In this document: positions 10,276-19,943 of the stretch, piece by piece
How positions within the stretch are numbered: position 1 is the first letter of the stretch
Layout of the letters: each line of letters begins with the position of its first letter
Program-made: the position numbers and the translations under genes
NCBI GenBank assembly: GCA_018056685.1
Contig: JAGPFC010000001.1
Span: 132,178 to 196,177, forward strand
DNA: 64,000 bases
Reading direction: 5' to 3'
Origin: Smithella sp.
Lineage (GTDB): Bacteria; Desulfobacterota; Syntrophia; Syntrophales; Smithellaceae
The notes under the pieces: model-generated
The model's database searches: none
Told to the model about the DNA's origin: nothing
The model's input: only the letters and a program-made list of their open reading frames with translations

Positions 10276-10388
10276 GATGTATCCCTCTCGTGAAAAAATA
10301 AATTTTGCGGCCGTTCTAAGACAGCCTTTGCGGTATCCCGATGAACGGAGCAACCCTTATGATTTAACGATTGATTTTTATCAAAAGG

Positions 10389-10417
10389 AATATAAAAAGC
10401 ATGAAGGGGAATGTCAA
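10389..10417 (-). promoter_or_regulatory. sigma-70 promoter of the moxR-bat operon (TTGACA-17-TATATT)
   Basis: Reverse complement reads TTGACA ttccccttcatgctttt TATATT, about 105 nt upstream of the moxR ATG. Confidence 0.55.
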
Positions 10418-10610
10418 GACGTCTCTGCAATGTTATATCAAGTCAGGCTGGTAGGAGCCGTTTCCAGGAAACATTATTAAATTCTAAAATATATGAACTC
10501 GCGATATGTCCGCCTATCATCATTCACTTCTATTGACTGAGAAATTTATTTACTGTAAGAGATCTATATCTTCATCAAGTTCAACTAAATTAAAAAAAAG
10601 GGTTTTTAAA

Positions 10611-11642
10611 ATGTTTAAATATCGTTTTTTAATACTTTTATTATTCCTTTTACCGGTTTCATTTTCCTGGGCTCAGGAAACGTCTGTTGATTTGCAAAAA
10701 TTGCCTGATTCTTCCCTGCAATTTACCAGAGAGGATGAAACTTTTATGAGTCACGGAGATCAGTTGAAGGCGTGGCTTTATCTTCCAGCCGGTGTCTTGA
10801 AACCGCCGGTTATCGTGATGGCTCATGGATTCGGCGGTCAGCGCTGGATGCGTCTGCCGGCCTATGCGGAAAGATTCGCTCAACTGGGCCTGGCGGTTTT
10901 TGTTTTCGATTATCGCGGATTCAATGACAGCGAAGGGGAACCGCGCAATTATGTCAATCCCACTCGCCATTTACAGGATTGGGAGGCGGCCATCGCCCAT
11001 GTTAAAACACTGGAACGTGTTGACGCAAAACGCATGGCTTTATGGGGTACGTCATTCAGCGGCGGACATGTGATCGTGGAGGCGGCAAAACACCCCGAAA
11101 TACTGGCGGTCGTAGCGCAGGTTCCGTTCACCGATGGACTATCAACGCAATGGTTTTATCTGAAGACCGATCCGGTTTTTGCGCTGAAAGGCGCCTATCA
11201 TGGTTTTGCAGACTTCTTCACCTCTCTTTTTACGAAACACCGCCACAATGTTCGCATCGCGGGACGACCGGATGAGGCTTTTGCCATGATGAGCAGACCG
11301 GATTCCATGGATGGGCTACTTAAATTGATAGACAATGGCAACGAAAAGGATTTTGAAAAATATAACTTCTGCCCCGCTGATATTATATTTACCATGGGAT
11401 TCTATCGGCCGATCCGCTATGCGGACGAGGTGGTGTGTCCGGCGCTGATCGTCGGAGCGGAAAATGACACGCTGTTCCCGCCGTCAGGGCCGAAGAAAAT
11501 GGCGGACCGGATGAACAAAGCCACTTATATCAGCTTGCCGATGAATCACTTTGATCCTTATGTCGGTGAGCCGTTTGAAAAAATTGTAGAAATCATGGGT
11601 CATTTCCTGAAAACGAATTTAGCAAAAAATATTGTCAATTAA
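10611..11642 (+). CDS. secreted alpha/beta hydrolase
   Basis: Signal peptide MFKYRFLILLLFLLPVSFSWA, HGFGG oxyanion block, GTSFSGG nucleophile elbow. Start moved from 10506 to the Met preceding the signal peptide. Confidence 0.7.
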   Translation: MFKYRFLILLLFLLPVSFSWAQETSVDLQKLPDSSLQFTREDETFMSHGDQLKAWLYLPAGVLKPPVIVMAHGFGGQRWMRLPAYAERFAQLGLAVFVFDYRGFNDSEGEPRNYVNPTRHLQDWEAAIAHVKTLERVDAKRMALWGTSFSGGHVIVEAAKHPEILAVVAQVPFTDGLSTQWFYLKTDPVFALKGAYHGFADFFTSLFTKHRHNVRIAGRPDEAFAMMSRPDSMDGLLKLIDNGNEKDFEKYNFCPADIIFTMGFYRPIRYADEVVCPALIVGAENDTLFPPSGPKKMADRMNKATYISLPMNHFDPYVGEPFEKIVEIMGHFLKTNLAKNIVN

Positions 11643-11732
11643 ATTTGACGTCTTTCAACAGGGTATCCGCTATTTTAACGCTGAACAAATTCATAGGCTT
11701 TTACAAGTTCGTCTCAAAACCAGCAGGCCGTC

Positions 11733-13424
11733 ATGCTGAATGAAGCAAATCACTATTCCCGGAAACAGATTCTGCTTGTTTGTATCGTTTTGACACTGGC
11801 CACACTGGCGGTTTTCGGGCAGGTGCAGTATTTCGATTTCATCAATCTCGATGATGAAGTCTATGTTACCGAAAGCGTTCATGTGCAGACCGGCATGACG
11901 CTGGAAGGCGTCAGATGGGCATTCGGCACAATGAATGCCGGATTCTGGCATCCGTTAACATGGCTGTCACTCATGCTGGATTATGAAATATACGGGCTGA
12001 ATCCCGGCGGTTATCATATGACCAACCTGATCCTGCACATCCTGAGCGCATTATTGCTTTTTGGGCTCTTCCACCATATGACCGGCGCCCTCTGGCGCAG
12101 CGCATTCATCGCGGCTCTCTTTGCTCTTCATCCCCTGCGCGTGGAATCAGTGGCCTGGATTGCTGAGCGAAAAGATGTTTTAAGCGCTTTCTTCTGGATG
12201 CTCACACTCTGCTTTTACGTTCATTACACGGAAAAACCCGCGATTCAAAGATATTTACTGGTTTGCTTATTCTTCGCCTGTAGTTTTATGAGTAAATCCA
12301 TTGCGGTCACCCTGCCCGTCTTGATGATTCTGCTGGATTACTGGCCACTGAAGCGTTTTCAACAACAGCAGGGCCATTTTATTGTATGGCAGTTGCGTGA
12401 GAAAGGGCTTCTCTTTCTTTTATCGGCGGTTTTTTCCATCCTCGCCATTTTTGCGCATCATGAATTACCCCTCCAGAATTGGAATTACACCTGGAATACG
12501 AGAATCATCAACGCATGGATTGTTTTTATAATTTATTTGCAGAAAATATTATGGCCTTTTAATTTGTCTCTCGGGTATCCTTTTTTCGGTGAAACGCCTG
12601 CCTGGCAGGCTTTAAGCTCGGTCTTACTGATTATTGCCATCAGCGGTGCTTCTATTTTAGCCGGGAAAAAGCGGCCGTTTCTGTTGGTCGGCTGGTTCTG
12701 GTACGCCATAGCCATCCTGCCGGTGATCGGCATTATTCCGGTGGGTAACAACGCGATGGCCGACCGTTACATTTATCTGCCTTCTGTCGGCATTTCCATC
12801 ATGATCGTTTGGGGAATATCTTCCTTAATTAAAAGTGAAAAGATGAAAAAAAGGATTTTATTGCCGGCGGGATTAGCCGTGACGGTCATCATGGCTGTTT
12901 TAACATGGCAACAATGCAGTTACTGGAAAAACAGCTTCACGTTATTCAGTCATGCTGTCCTGGTAACAAAGGATAACTTTCTGGCGCACACCAATCTCGG
13001 TATTGCGTTGTTTGAAAAGGGTAATTTTGCAGACGCCGTTGAACATTATAACGAAGCCATCCGCTTGAATCCGGATTATTCCTATCCCTATCACAGTCGG
13101 GGCATTGTTTACCGCGCACAGGGCCAATACCAACCAGCCATCGAAGACTTCAATAGTGCGATTCGCATCAATCCTGATTTTGCGCAGTTTTATTATAATC
13201 GGGGAAGTACTTATTATGATATCGGCCGGTATCAAATCGCCATTGAGGATTTTAATGAAGCTGCCCGCCTGCAACCGGATTTCGCCAATGCCTATCTGGG
13301 TCGGGGAGCCGCCTATATCAATCAGGGCAAAACCGAGGAGGGATGCACCGATGCGCAAAAAGCATGCGCTCTGGGCAACTGTCAATTATTAATGTCCGCC
13401 AGAGGATTAGGATTTTGCCGTTGA
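11733..13424 (+). CDS. polytopic membrane protein (PMT/TMTC-like glycosyltransferase fold) with C-terminal TPR repeats
   Basis: 563 aa; about 10 hydrophobic segments followed by repeated AxxxYNxAIxLNPDY TPR units. Confidence 0.6.
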   Translation: MLNEANHYSRKQILLVCIVLTLATLAVFGQVQYFDFINLDDEVYVTESVHVQTGMTLEGVRWAFGTMNAGFWHPLTWLSLMLDYEIYGLNPGGYHMTNLILHILSALLLFGLFHHMTGALWRSAFIAALFALHPLRVESVAWIAERKDVLSAFFWMLTLCFYVHYTEKPAIQRYLLVCLFFACSFMSKSIAVTLPVLMILLDYWPLKRFQQQQGHFIVWQLREKGLLFLLSAVFSILAIFAHHELPLQNWNYTWNTRIINAWIVFIIYLQKILWPFNLSLGYPFFGETPAWQALSSVLLIIAISGASILAGKKRPFLLVGWFWYAIAILPVIGIIPVGNNAMADRYIYLPSVGISIMIVWGISSLIKSEKMKKRILLPAGLAVTVIMAVLTWQQCSYWKNSFTLFSHAVLVTKDNFLAHTNLGIALFEKGNFADAVEHYNEAIRLNPDYSYPYHSRGIVYRAQGQYQPAIEDFNSAIRINPDFAQFYYNRGSTYYDIGRYQIAIEDFNEAARLQPDFANAYLGRGAAYINQGKTEEGCTDAQKACALGNCQLLMSARGLGFCR

Positions 13425-13447
13425 TGAGACAATGTTTTTCTGCAAAT

Positions 13448-14215
13448 CTAATATTTCCTTTTTTTCATCATATTTTTTAGCGTGTCGAGTAAATCGTATC
13501 GGGTCAGGTCATGTTGAATCGGTGTGATGGTGACGAATCCCGCGGTCAGAGCACCGACATCGGTATCCTGCTGGTTACGGGCAGACTGTGATTCACTGGC
13601 AAACCAGTAATAAATATTTTCACGCGGATCCACGCGTTTCTCGAACGTTTCAACAATATTGCTCTGGGCCTGCCGCACCACAACGACACCTTTGATTTTT
13701 TCACGGGGAATGCAGGGAATATTAACATTGATCGCGCTTCCTTTGAGCTGCTCCTGATTGCTCAAAATGAGTCGGGTCATTTTTCGGGCGAATTTGGCCG
13801 CAAAGGTAAAATCCGCTTCTTTATGGGTATCCAGTGAAACAGCCAGCGCCGGATATCCCAGAATGGCTCCCTCGGTGGCGGCAGAAACAGTTCCCGAATA
13901 AAGCACATTGACACCCGCATTGCCGCCTCGATTAATTCCTGACACAACCAGATCAACAGGCTTGTCCGATAGTTCGGTAATTCCGATTTTTACGCAATCC
14001 GCTGGTGTGCCGCACACAGCATATCCTAAAAATTTGTCATTTTTAGTGGCTCTCCGCACCATCAAGGGACGAGAGAGCGTAATAGCATGTCCTACAGCGC
14101 TTTGTTCAGTTTCCGGCGCGACAATCAGGCAATCCGCTTCTTTCGAAAGCTCCTTGTAAAGAGCGTTTAAGCCTTTGGCATAAATTCCGTCATCATTCGT
14201 AAGTAAAAATCGCAT
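13448..14215 (-). CDS. surE: 5'/3'-nucleotidase SurE
   Basis: MRFLLTNDDGIYAKGL N-terminus, SGINRGGN and YSGTVSAA blocks. Confidence 0.9.
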   Translation of the reverse strand: MRFLLTNDDGIYAKGLNALYKELSKEADCLIVAPETEQSAVGHAITLSRPLMVRRATKNDKFLGYAVCGTPADCVKIGITELSDKPVDLVVSGINRGGNAGVNVLYSGTVSAATEGAILGYPALAVSLDTHKEADFTFAAKFARKMTRLILSNQEQLKGSAINVNIPCIPREKIKGVVVVRQAQSNIVETFEKRVDPRENIYYWFASESQSARNQQDTDVGALTAGFVTITPIQHDLTRYDLLDTLKNMMKKRKY

Positions 14216-14228
14216 GGTTTCTCCGTAC

Positions 14229-14816
14229 TTAATTTCTTTCCTGTATAATGGTCAGGATGTAGCGGCGGGCATTCGCGGCCAGTTCTGGGTTTTTCAGCAA
14301 CACAGAGATTTCGTTATTATATTTCAAAGCCGATTGCGTGAAGTTATGACTGCCGAGCAAAACCAGTTTCTGATCAATCACGATCAGTTTTGTGTGGGTG
14401 GTCCTGCGCGGCGAATCATAGAATACGGTCACCCCTCTGCTCTGCAGGAAATTGCCCGTCTTTCTGTTCTGCATACTTAATTCTTCCGATGGCTTATCTG
14501 ATGTTTCCAGAACGATATAGACCTTTACGCCTCTCTTGACCGCTTGCACCAGATGACTGGCAATCTGGTCGGGATAACTGTCTTTATGCTTACCGGCTTT
14601 GAAAGAAAAAAGAGACATTAAAATTTCATTTTGCGCTTCATCAATGGATTTGATCAGTGCGGGCAGAAAACTTTCATTGGCTAGAATCACCGCCGGACGG
14701 TTTTCACCGCCATGCTTGTCCGGTTTTTCGGCAGCCAACGCAGAAACGGCGGATGTCATGAGAAAAACGACACTCAACCCTATCAAAACACTTTTTCTAA
14801 TATATTGAAGATTCAT
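14229..14816 (-). CDS. secreted phospholipase D/Nuc-like single-HKD protein
   Basis: Signal peptide; HKD motif HTKLIVID...GSHNFT; 195 aa. Confidence 0.75.
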   Translation of the reverse strand: MNLQYIRKSVLIGLSVVFLMTSAVSALAAEKPDKHGGENRPAVILANESFLPALIKSIDEAQNEILMSLFSFKAGKHKDSYPDQIASHLVQAVKRGVKVYIVLETSDKPSEELSMQNRKTGNFLQSRGVTVFYDSPRRTTHTKLIVIDQKLVLLGSHNFTQSALKYNNEISVLLKNPELAANARRYILTIIQERN

Positions 14817-14872
14817 CTTCCTTTCCTTTTCAAGTTTTATTTTATAATATTTTATTTTTCAGGTCGATGTAA

Positions 14873-14908
14873 AAAAGCCCGAAATAAATTAATTTATTTC
14901 GGGCTTTT
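14873..14908 (-). terminator. rho-independent terminator of dnaK (perfect palindrome)
   Basis: aaaagcccgaaataaatt|aatttatttcgggctttt with a flanking T/A run on both sides, 20 nt after the dnaK stop. Confidence 0.8.
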
Positions 14909-14928
14909 GAATAACCGATAGAAATCGA

Positions 14929-16848
14929 TTACTTCACGTCTTCAAAATCAGCATCCACGACATCATCATTCTTCTTGCCTGATGCCTGCTGATCGCCACC
15001 TGCTTGAGCTCCGCTGTCTGCTCCGGGACCTCCCTGACCGCCGGCGGTTTTTGCGTACATGGCTTCCGCCAGTTTGTGCGATACATTCATCAAATCATCC
15101 TGAGCCTTCTTGATGGCGTCAATATCGTCGCCTTCCAGCGCTTTCTTTACCTGGGCGATCGCGTCTTCGATCTTGGATTTTTCCGATACGTCAACCTTAT
15201 CGCCGAATTCCTTGATGTTCTTCTCCACGGAATAAACCAACGCGTCGGCATGATTTCTGGCTTCAATCAGCTCCTTGCGTTTCTTATCTTCTTCCGCGTG
15301 CGCTTCCGCGTCTTTAACCAGTTTTTCAATTTCAGCTTCACTCAATCCGCTGGAAGCCGTAATCTTGATGCTTTGCTCCTTGCCCGTGCCCAGATCTTTC
15401 GCGTTAACATGCACGATACCGTTGGCGTCGATATCAAAAGTCACTTCAATTTGCGGTACGCCGCGAGGCGCCGGCGGAATTCCGACGAGTTCGAAACGTC
15501 CGAGCGTCCGGTTGTCCGCGGCCATCTGCCGTTCACCCTGTAAAACATGGATACTGACCGCCGGTTGATTGTCTGCCGCTGTTGAAAAAATCTGACTCTT
15601 CTTGGTTGGAATGGTTGTATTCTTTTCAATTAATCGGGTCATCACGCCGCCGAGCGTTTCTATGCCCAGTGAAAGCGGGGTCACATCCAGCAAGAGAACG
15701 TCTTTTACATCCCCCGCTAAAACGCCACCCTGAATAGCCGCACCGACAGCAACCACTTCATCCGGATTGACGCCCCGGTTGGGTTCCTTGCCAAAAATTT
15801 CTTTGACCTTCTGCTGAACGCGCGGCATACGAGTCATGCCACCGACGAGAATAACTTCATCGATGTCTTTGGGCGACATGCCGGCATCTTTAAGCGCGGT
15901 CTGGCAGGGGCCGACCACTTTATTGATTAACTCTTCCACGAGAGATTCCAGTTTCGCGCGGGAGAGTTTCATGTTCATGTGTTTGGGGCCGGAGGCATCC
16001 GCGGTGATGAACGGCAGATTGATATCGGTTTCCATCGTGGTCGAAAGTTCCATCTTGGCTTTTTCCGCCGCTTCTTTCAGGCGCTGGAGCGCCATTTTAT
16101 CGTTTCGCAAATCGATGCCCTGATCTTTTTTGAATTCGGCAACCAGATAGTCCATGACGCGCAAATCAAAATCTTCGCCGCCCAGATGCGTGTCACCGTT
16201 GGTGGATTTGACCTCGAACACGCCGTCGCCAAGTTCCAGTATGGAAATATCAAATGTGCCGCCGCCCAAATCAAAGACGGCTATTTTTTCGTCTTTCTTT
16301 TTATCAAGGCCGTAGGCCAGGGCCGCGGCCGTCGGTTCGTTAATGATACGCAAAACATTGAGTCCGGCAATCTTGCCCGCGTCCTTGGTTGCCTGACGCT
16401 GCGAGTCGTTGAAGTAGGCCGGAACGGTAATAACCGCGTCTTTTATTTTTTCGCCCAGATAATCTTCGGCGGTCTGTTTCATTTTGGTGAGAATCATCGC
16501 CGATATTTCCGCCGGAGAATAGTTCTTGCCGCGCACGGTAACCTGCGCATCACCGTTCGACGCTTCCGTTATCTTATAAGGAATAATTTTAAGATCGTAC
16601 TGAACTTCTTTCGATGAATATTTCCGGCCGATCAATCGCTTGACGGCATAGACGGTATTTTCCGAGTTGGTAATCGCCTGTCGTTTGGCCACCTGCCCCA
16701 CCAGACGTTCCCCGCTTTCCGAGATCGCCACAATCGATGGCGTGGTGCGGTTTCCCTCCTGATTGGCAATCACGACAGGATCTCCCCCTTCCATTATAGC
16801 CACGCAAGAATTTGTCGTTCCTAAGTCAATTCCAATAATTTTTCCCAT
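14929..16848 (-). CDS. dnaK: chaperone DnaK (Hsp70)
   Basis: 639 aa; [17 protein letters not shown], full-length Hsp70 colinearity. Confidence 0.98.
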   Translation of the reverse strand: MGKIIGIDLGTTNSCVAIMEGGDPVVIANQEGNRTTPSIVAISESGERLVGQVAKRQAITNSENTVYAVKRLIGRKYSSKEVQYDLKIIPYKITEASNGDAQVTVRGKNYSPAEISAMILTKMKQTAEDYLGEKIKDAVITVPAYFNDSQRQATKDAGKIAGLNVLRIINEPTAAALAYGLDKKKDEKIAVFDLGGGTFDISILELGDGVFEVKSTNGDTHLGGEDFDLRVMDYLVAEFKKDQGIDLRNDKMALQRLKEAAEKAKMELSTTMETDINLPFITADASGPKHMNMKLSRAKLESLVEELINKVVGPCQTALKDAGMSPKDIDEVILVGGMTRMPRVQQKVKEIFGKEPNRGVNPDEVVAVGAAIQGGVLAGDVKDVLLLDVTPLSLGIETLGGVMTRLIEKNTTIPTKKSQIFSTAADNQPAVSIHVLQGERQMAADNRTLGRFELVGIPPAPRGVPQIEVTFDIDANGIVHVNAKDLGTGKEQSIKITASSGLSEAEIEKLVKDAEAHAEEDKKRKELIEARNHADALVYSVEKNIKEFGDKVDVSEKSKIEDAIAQVKKALEGDDIDAIKKAQDDLMNVSHKLAEAMYAKTAGGQGGPGADSGAQAGGDQQASGKKNDDVVDADFEDVK

Positions 16849-16858
16849 TTTTCCCTCC

Positions 16859-17482
16859 TTATTCTTCTGAATCCTCCGTTATGTCAAATTCATCATCTTT
16901 GTTATTGTTTTCTGAAACATTTGTTTTTTTACAGACACAGACCCTGGACGGTCTCAAAAGCCGGCCATTGAGCAAATATCCTTTTTCCATTTCACTGACG
17001 ATTTTATTGTTCTCGTGTTCGTCACTCGCCACCTGCATCAAGGCTTCGTGGAAATTCGGGTCAAAATCCTTACCGGCTGCATCAATTTTTTCCACGCCAT
17101 ATTTTTTCAAGCAGCATAAAAGCTGATCCTGGATCAGCGCCACGCCGTCTTTGAACGCCTGTATGTCACCGGTATCATGTTCCAAGGCTCTGTCCAGGCT
17201 GTCCATGAAAGGTAAAATATCTTTAATGATATTTTCATTCCCGTACTTGATGGCATCCGCTTTATCCCGGGCAGCCCGTTTTTTATAATTGTCAAATTCG
17301 GCTACCGACCGCACATATTTATCGTAATGGGCAGCGGCTTCCTTTTCCTTTTCTTCAAGTTGTTTTCTTAAGTCCTCAATCTCCTGATGCTGATCCTTGG
17401 CAGCAACTTTATCGTTCGGGTGTTCCGCGGACGGCTCATTTTTTTTTTGATGTTCTGAATGATCTTTTTTTAGTTTCACCAT
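16859..17482 (-). CDS. grpE: nucleotide exchange factor GrpE
   Basis: 207 aa; coiled-coil N-terminus, [18 protein letters not shown] block, directly upstream of dnaK. Confidence 0.9.
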   Translation of the reverse strand: MVKLKKDHSEHQKKNEPSAEHPNDKVAAKDQHQEIEDLRKQLEEKEKEAAAHYDKYVRSVAEFDNYKKRAARDKADAIKYGNENIIKDILPFMDSLDRALEHDTGDIQAFKDGVALIQDQLLCCLKKYGVEKIDAAGKDFDPNFHEALMQVASDEHENNKIVSEMEKGYLLNGRLLRPSRVCVCKKTNVSENNNKDDEFDITEDSEE

Positions 17483-17500
17483 GACCTCTGCAAATCATAA

Positions 17501-18085
17501 TTATTTAAAATCAGGTTTCTGAAATAATTTGATATCCACCATTTCACAAATGACATGACTGGCCGTAATATGCGTTTCCTGAATGCGCGCTGTGCTGTTG
17601 GAAGATACATGAATCGGGTAATCCACCATTTTAGCAATGTCTCCACCATCCTTGCCGGTGAAGGCAATGGTTGTCATTCCCTTCTTTTTGGCCATCTCCA
17701 GCCCCTTCAAAACATTCGCGGAATTGCCGCTGGTGCTGATACCCCACGCAATGTCTCCCTGCTGGCCGATGGCTCTGATCTGCTTGCTGAAGATCTCGGA
17801 AAAATCATAATCATTGCCGATACTGGTAAGAACGGAGGTATCGGTTGTCAGCGCTATCGCCGGAAGCGGAGGCCGCTCAATAATAAAGCGATTCACAAAT
17901 TCCGCGGCAATGTGCTGGGCGTCGGCCGCTGATCCCCCATTGCCGAAAATAAGAATTTTATTACCGGCTTTCAGGGTGGAGGTTATCGTTTCGACAACAT
18001 TCACCAGTTTGCTCAGGTTCTCATTCAAAAAAGTGTCTTTGACCCGATTACTTTCTTTAAATATTTTTATAATGTGATCTTCCAT
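17501..18085 (-). CDS. gmhA: SIS-domain phosphoheptose isomerase / DiaA-like protein
   Basis: 194 aa; GNGGSAADAQHIAAEF and STSGNS motifs; GmhA versus DiaA cannot be told apart from sequence alone. Confidence 0.7.
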   Translation of the reverse strand: MEDHIIKIFKESNRVKDTFLNENLSKLVNVVETITSTLKAGNKILIFGNGGSAADAQHIAAEFVNRFIIERPPLPAIALTTDTSVLTSIGNDYDFSEIFSKQIRAIGQQGDIAWGISTSGNSANVLKGLEMAKKKGMTTIAFTGKDGGDIAKMVDYPIHVSSNSTARIQETHITASHVICEMVDIKLFQKPDFK

Positions 18086-18132
18086 ACTTACCTTTTTAAA
18101 GGATTTTAAAAATGATCCTTAAAATCGCCCTT

Positions 18133-18161
18133 AATATATTTACGGGTCCATGGACTGTCAA
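18133..18161 (-). promoter_or_regulatory. sigma-70 promoter of the SIS-grpE-dnaK operon (TTGACA-17-TATATT)
   Basis: Reverse complement reads TTGACA gtccatggacccgtaaa TATATT. Confidence 0.55.
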
Positions 18162-18173
18162 GGGATGCATCCC
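18162..18173. promoter_or_regulatory. perfect 12-bp palindrome GGGATGCATCCC abutting the -35 box of the dnaK-operon promoter
   Basis: Self-complementary sequence read directly; lies in the divergent heat-shock promoter region. Confidence 0.35.
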
Positions 18174-18252
18174 GAAAAATCTTATCTTTATTCAGTAGAT
18201 ATTTAACTCAGCACGGTTCTTTTTGATTTTTTATTTACCGGGCGGAAGAGTC

Positions 18253-18280
18253 TTGACAAAAGAAATTTCGTAAATATATT
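18253..18280 (+). promoter_or_regulatory. sigma-70 promoter of hsp20 gene A (TTGACA-16-TATATT)
   Basis: TTGACA aaagaaatttcgtaaa TATATT read directly. Confidence 0.5.
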
Positions 18281-18357
18281 TAGCTTGAAATAAGCAAAAT
18301 ATCTAATAATAGCAATTGCTTATGTATAATTATATTTTTTTGAAAGGAGGATGGTCT

Positions 18358-18798
18358 ATGTTTGGTCCAGGGATATGGAGGATGAAAAGGTTTGCGGACA
18401 GTATTCCGGAAATTATTGATTTACAAAGAGAAATCAACAAGCTTTTTTCCAATGTAGGTCAGGGTGGAGCATCGGATTATCCGGCGGTTAATGTTTGGGA
18501 AAAAGAAAACTGTCTGGTTGTGACAACAGAGTTGCCGGGCATGGATCCCGATCATATCAATATTTCGGTTACCGGCGCCGTGCTCACGATTTCCGGAACC
18601 AGCAAGTCCGACCCAATTAAAGAAGGAGAGACGTATTTGCGTCAGGAAAGAGAGCTTGGCAATTTCCAGCGTAATCTTCAATTGCCTTATCAGGTGGATT
18701 CACAGGCCGTTGAAGCGAAATATGAAAGAGGGATTTTGAAAATTACATTACCAAGACAAAAAGAAGATTTACCGAAGAAAATTAAAATTAATTTATAA
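18358..18798 (+). CDS. small heat-shock protein Hsp20 (copy A)
   Basis: Alpha-crystallin domain, GILKITLPRQ; start set at the ATG 7 nt after AGGAGG (tracked ORF starts at TTG 18316). Confidence 0.85.
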   Translation: MFGPGIWRMKRFADSIPEIIDLQREINKLFSNVGQGGASDYPAVNVWEKENCLVVTTELPGMDPDHINISVTGAVLTISGTSKSDPIKEGETYLRQERELGNFQRNLQLPYQVDSQAVEAKYERGILKITLPRQKEDLPKKIKINL

Positions 18799-18814
18799 AG
18801 GAGGTCCAAGATTT

Positions 18815-19207
18815 ATGTCCGAGAAAGACCTGCAAAAAACTGAAAATACGGCGGCAACGGAAAGAATTCGCAATGTTAAAACGTTCTTGCCGAGGGTGGA
18901 TATCTATGAAACAACGGACGCACTATTTCTGATTGCTGATATGCCGGGCGTGGATGAGAAAACGGTTGACGTGGAACTGGAGAAAAATATTCTGACCATC
19001 ACCGGACGGGTGGAAAACGGAAGAATGAAGGATTACAGTCTGGTGTTTTCCGAATATGAAGTCGGCGATTATGAGAGAACCTTTACGTTGTCGGATGAAA
19101 TTGACAAGGATAAAATTAAAGCGACAGTCCGGCAGGGTGTTCTGCGACTGGAATTGCCGAAAGCGGAGAAGGTCAAGCCGAAAAAGATTGCCATTCAAGC
19201 GGCGTAG
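18815..19207 (+). CDS. small heat-shock protein Hsp20 (copy B)
   Basis: 130 aa; alpha-crystallin domain, GVLRLELPKA; SD aaaggagg. Confidence 0.85.
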   Translation: MSEKDLQKTENTAATERIRNVKTFLPRVDIYETTDALFLIADMPGVDEKTVDVELEKNILTITGRVENGRMKDYSLVFSEYEVGDYERTFTLSDEIDKDKIKATVRQGVLRLELPKAEKVKPKKIAIQAA

Positions 19208-19288
19208 AGAAAATAAAAACTTATGGACTGATGCAGAAAAGTTTTTCGTTAGCCCCGCTATGCTTCGCATGCGGGTTAATTCAACTTA

Positions 19289-19320
19289 CAGATATTACAT
19301 CACTGCATTTGTAATATCTG
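19289..19320 (+). promoter_or_regulatory. perfect 10-bp inverted repeat CAGATATTAC-N12-GTAATATCTG in the hsp20B-hsp20C spacer
   Basis: Read directly; ends 16 nt before the SD of hsp20 copy C. Confidence 0.35.
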
Positions 19321-19346
19321 AGTTTCATTAAAATAGGAGGCTCGTT

Positions 19347-19832
19347 ATGAAAGTAAGAAATCTTTTACCGGAAATTGCCCGGAAAACGAGAACGGACGTT
19401 GATAATCCCTTCTATTCTTTGCAGCGTGAAATGAACAGTCTGTTTGATAATTTCTTCCGGGGATTCGATCTGTCGCCCCGCGGTCTGGCCGTCGGAGTCT
19501 TTTCTCCATCGATTGATGTCAAGGAGAATGACAAAGAATTTATCATTAAGGCGGAACTGCCCGGCGTGGAAGAAAAAGATATTGATGTAACCGTTACCGG
19601 CGATTCGGTAACCATCAAGGGTGAAAAAAAGGAGGAAAAAGAAGACAAAGACAAAAATTACTATTATATGGAAAGGTCCTATGGCTCTTTCAGCAGAGTG
19701 ATTCCTCTGGAAGGAGAAATAGAAGCGGAAAAAGCGGAAGCGAAATTTAAAAACGGCATTCTGGATATCAAGATTCCAAAAAATCAGAGTGCCAGAGCGA
19801 AAGGGACCAAAGTTCCCATTAAGGCCGCGTAA
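19347..19832 (+). CDS. small heat-shock protein Hsp20 (copy C)
   Basis: 161 aa; alpha-crystallin domain, GILDIKIPKN; SD ataggagg. Confidence 0.85.
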   Translation: MKVRNLLPEIARKTRTDVDNPFYSLQREMNSLFDNFFRGFDLSPRGLAVGVFSPSIDVKENDKEFIIKAELPGVEEKDIDVTVTGDSVTIKGEKKEEKEDKDKNYYYMERSYGSFSRVIPLEGEIEAEKAEAKFKNGILDIKIPKNQSARAKGTKVPIKAA

Positions 19833-19840
19833 ATCACCAT

Positions 19841-19872
19841 CCCGCCTCTCTCAAAAAGAGGCGGGATTTTTT
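19841..19872 (+). terminator. rho-independent terminator after hsp20 copy C
   Basis: cccgcctct-caaaa-agaggcggg followed by attttttatt. Confidence 0.85.
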
Positions 19873-19943
19873 ATTCAATGAAAATTCAGAAAAGCAAAGC
19901 CATCACATTAAAAATCATCAGATGCGTTCTTCGTCTTTGCCAA

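Noticed and set aside
14229-14816. PLD/Nuc-like nuclease as a defence or restriction component
   Set aside because: It is a single-HKD secreted protein sitting immediately upstream of surE, with no methylase, helicase or other defence partners.
18334-18350. fourU-type RNA thermometer (U7 tract next to the AGGAGG of hsp20A)
   Set aside because: The U tract is separated from the SD by only 4 nt, and the pairing would be six U-A/U-G pairs. That is too weak and too sterically strained to be a convincing thermometer.
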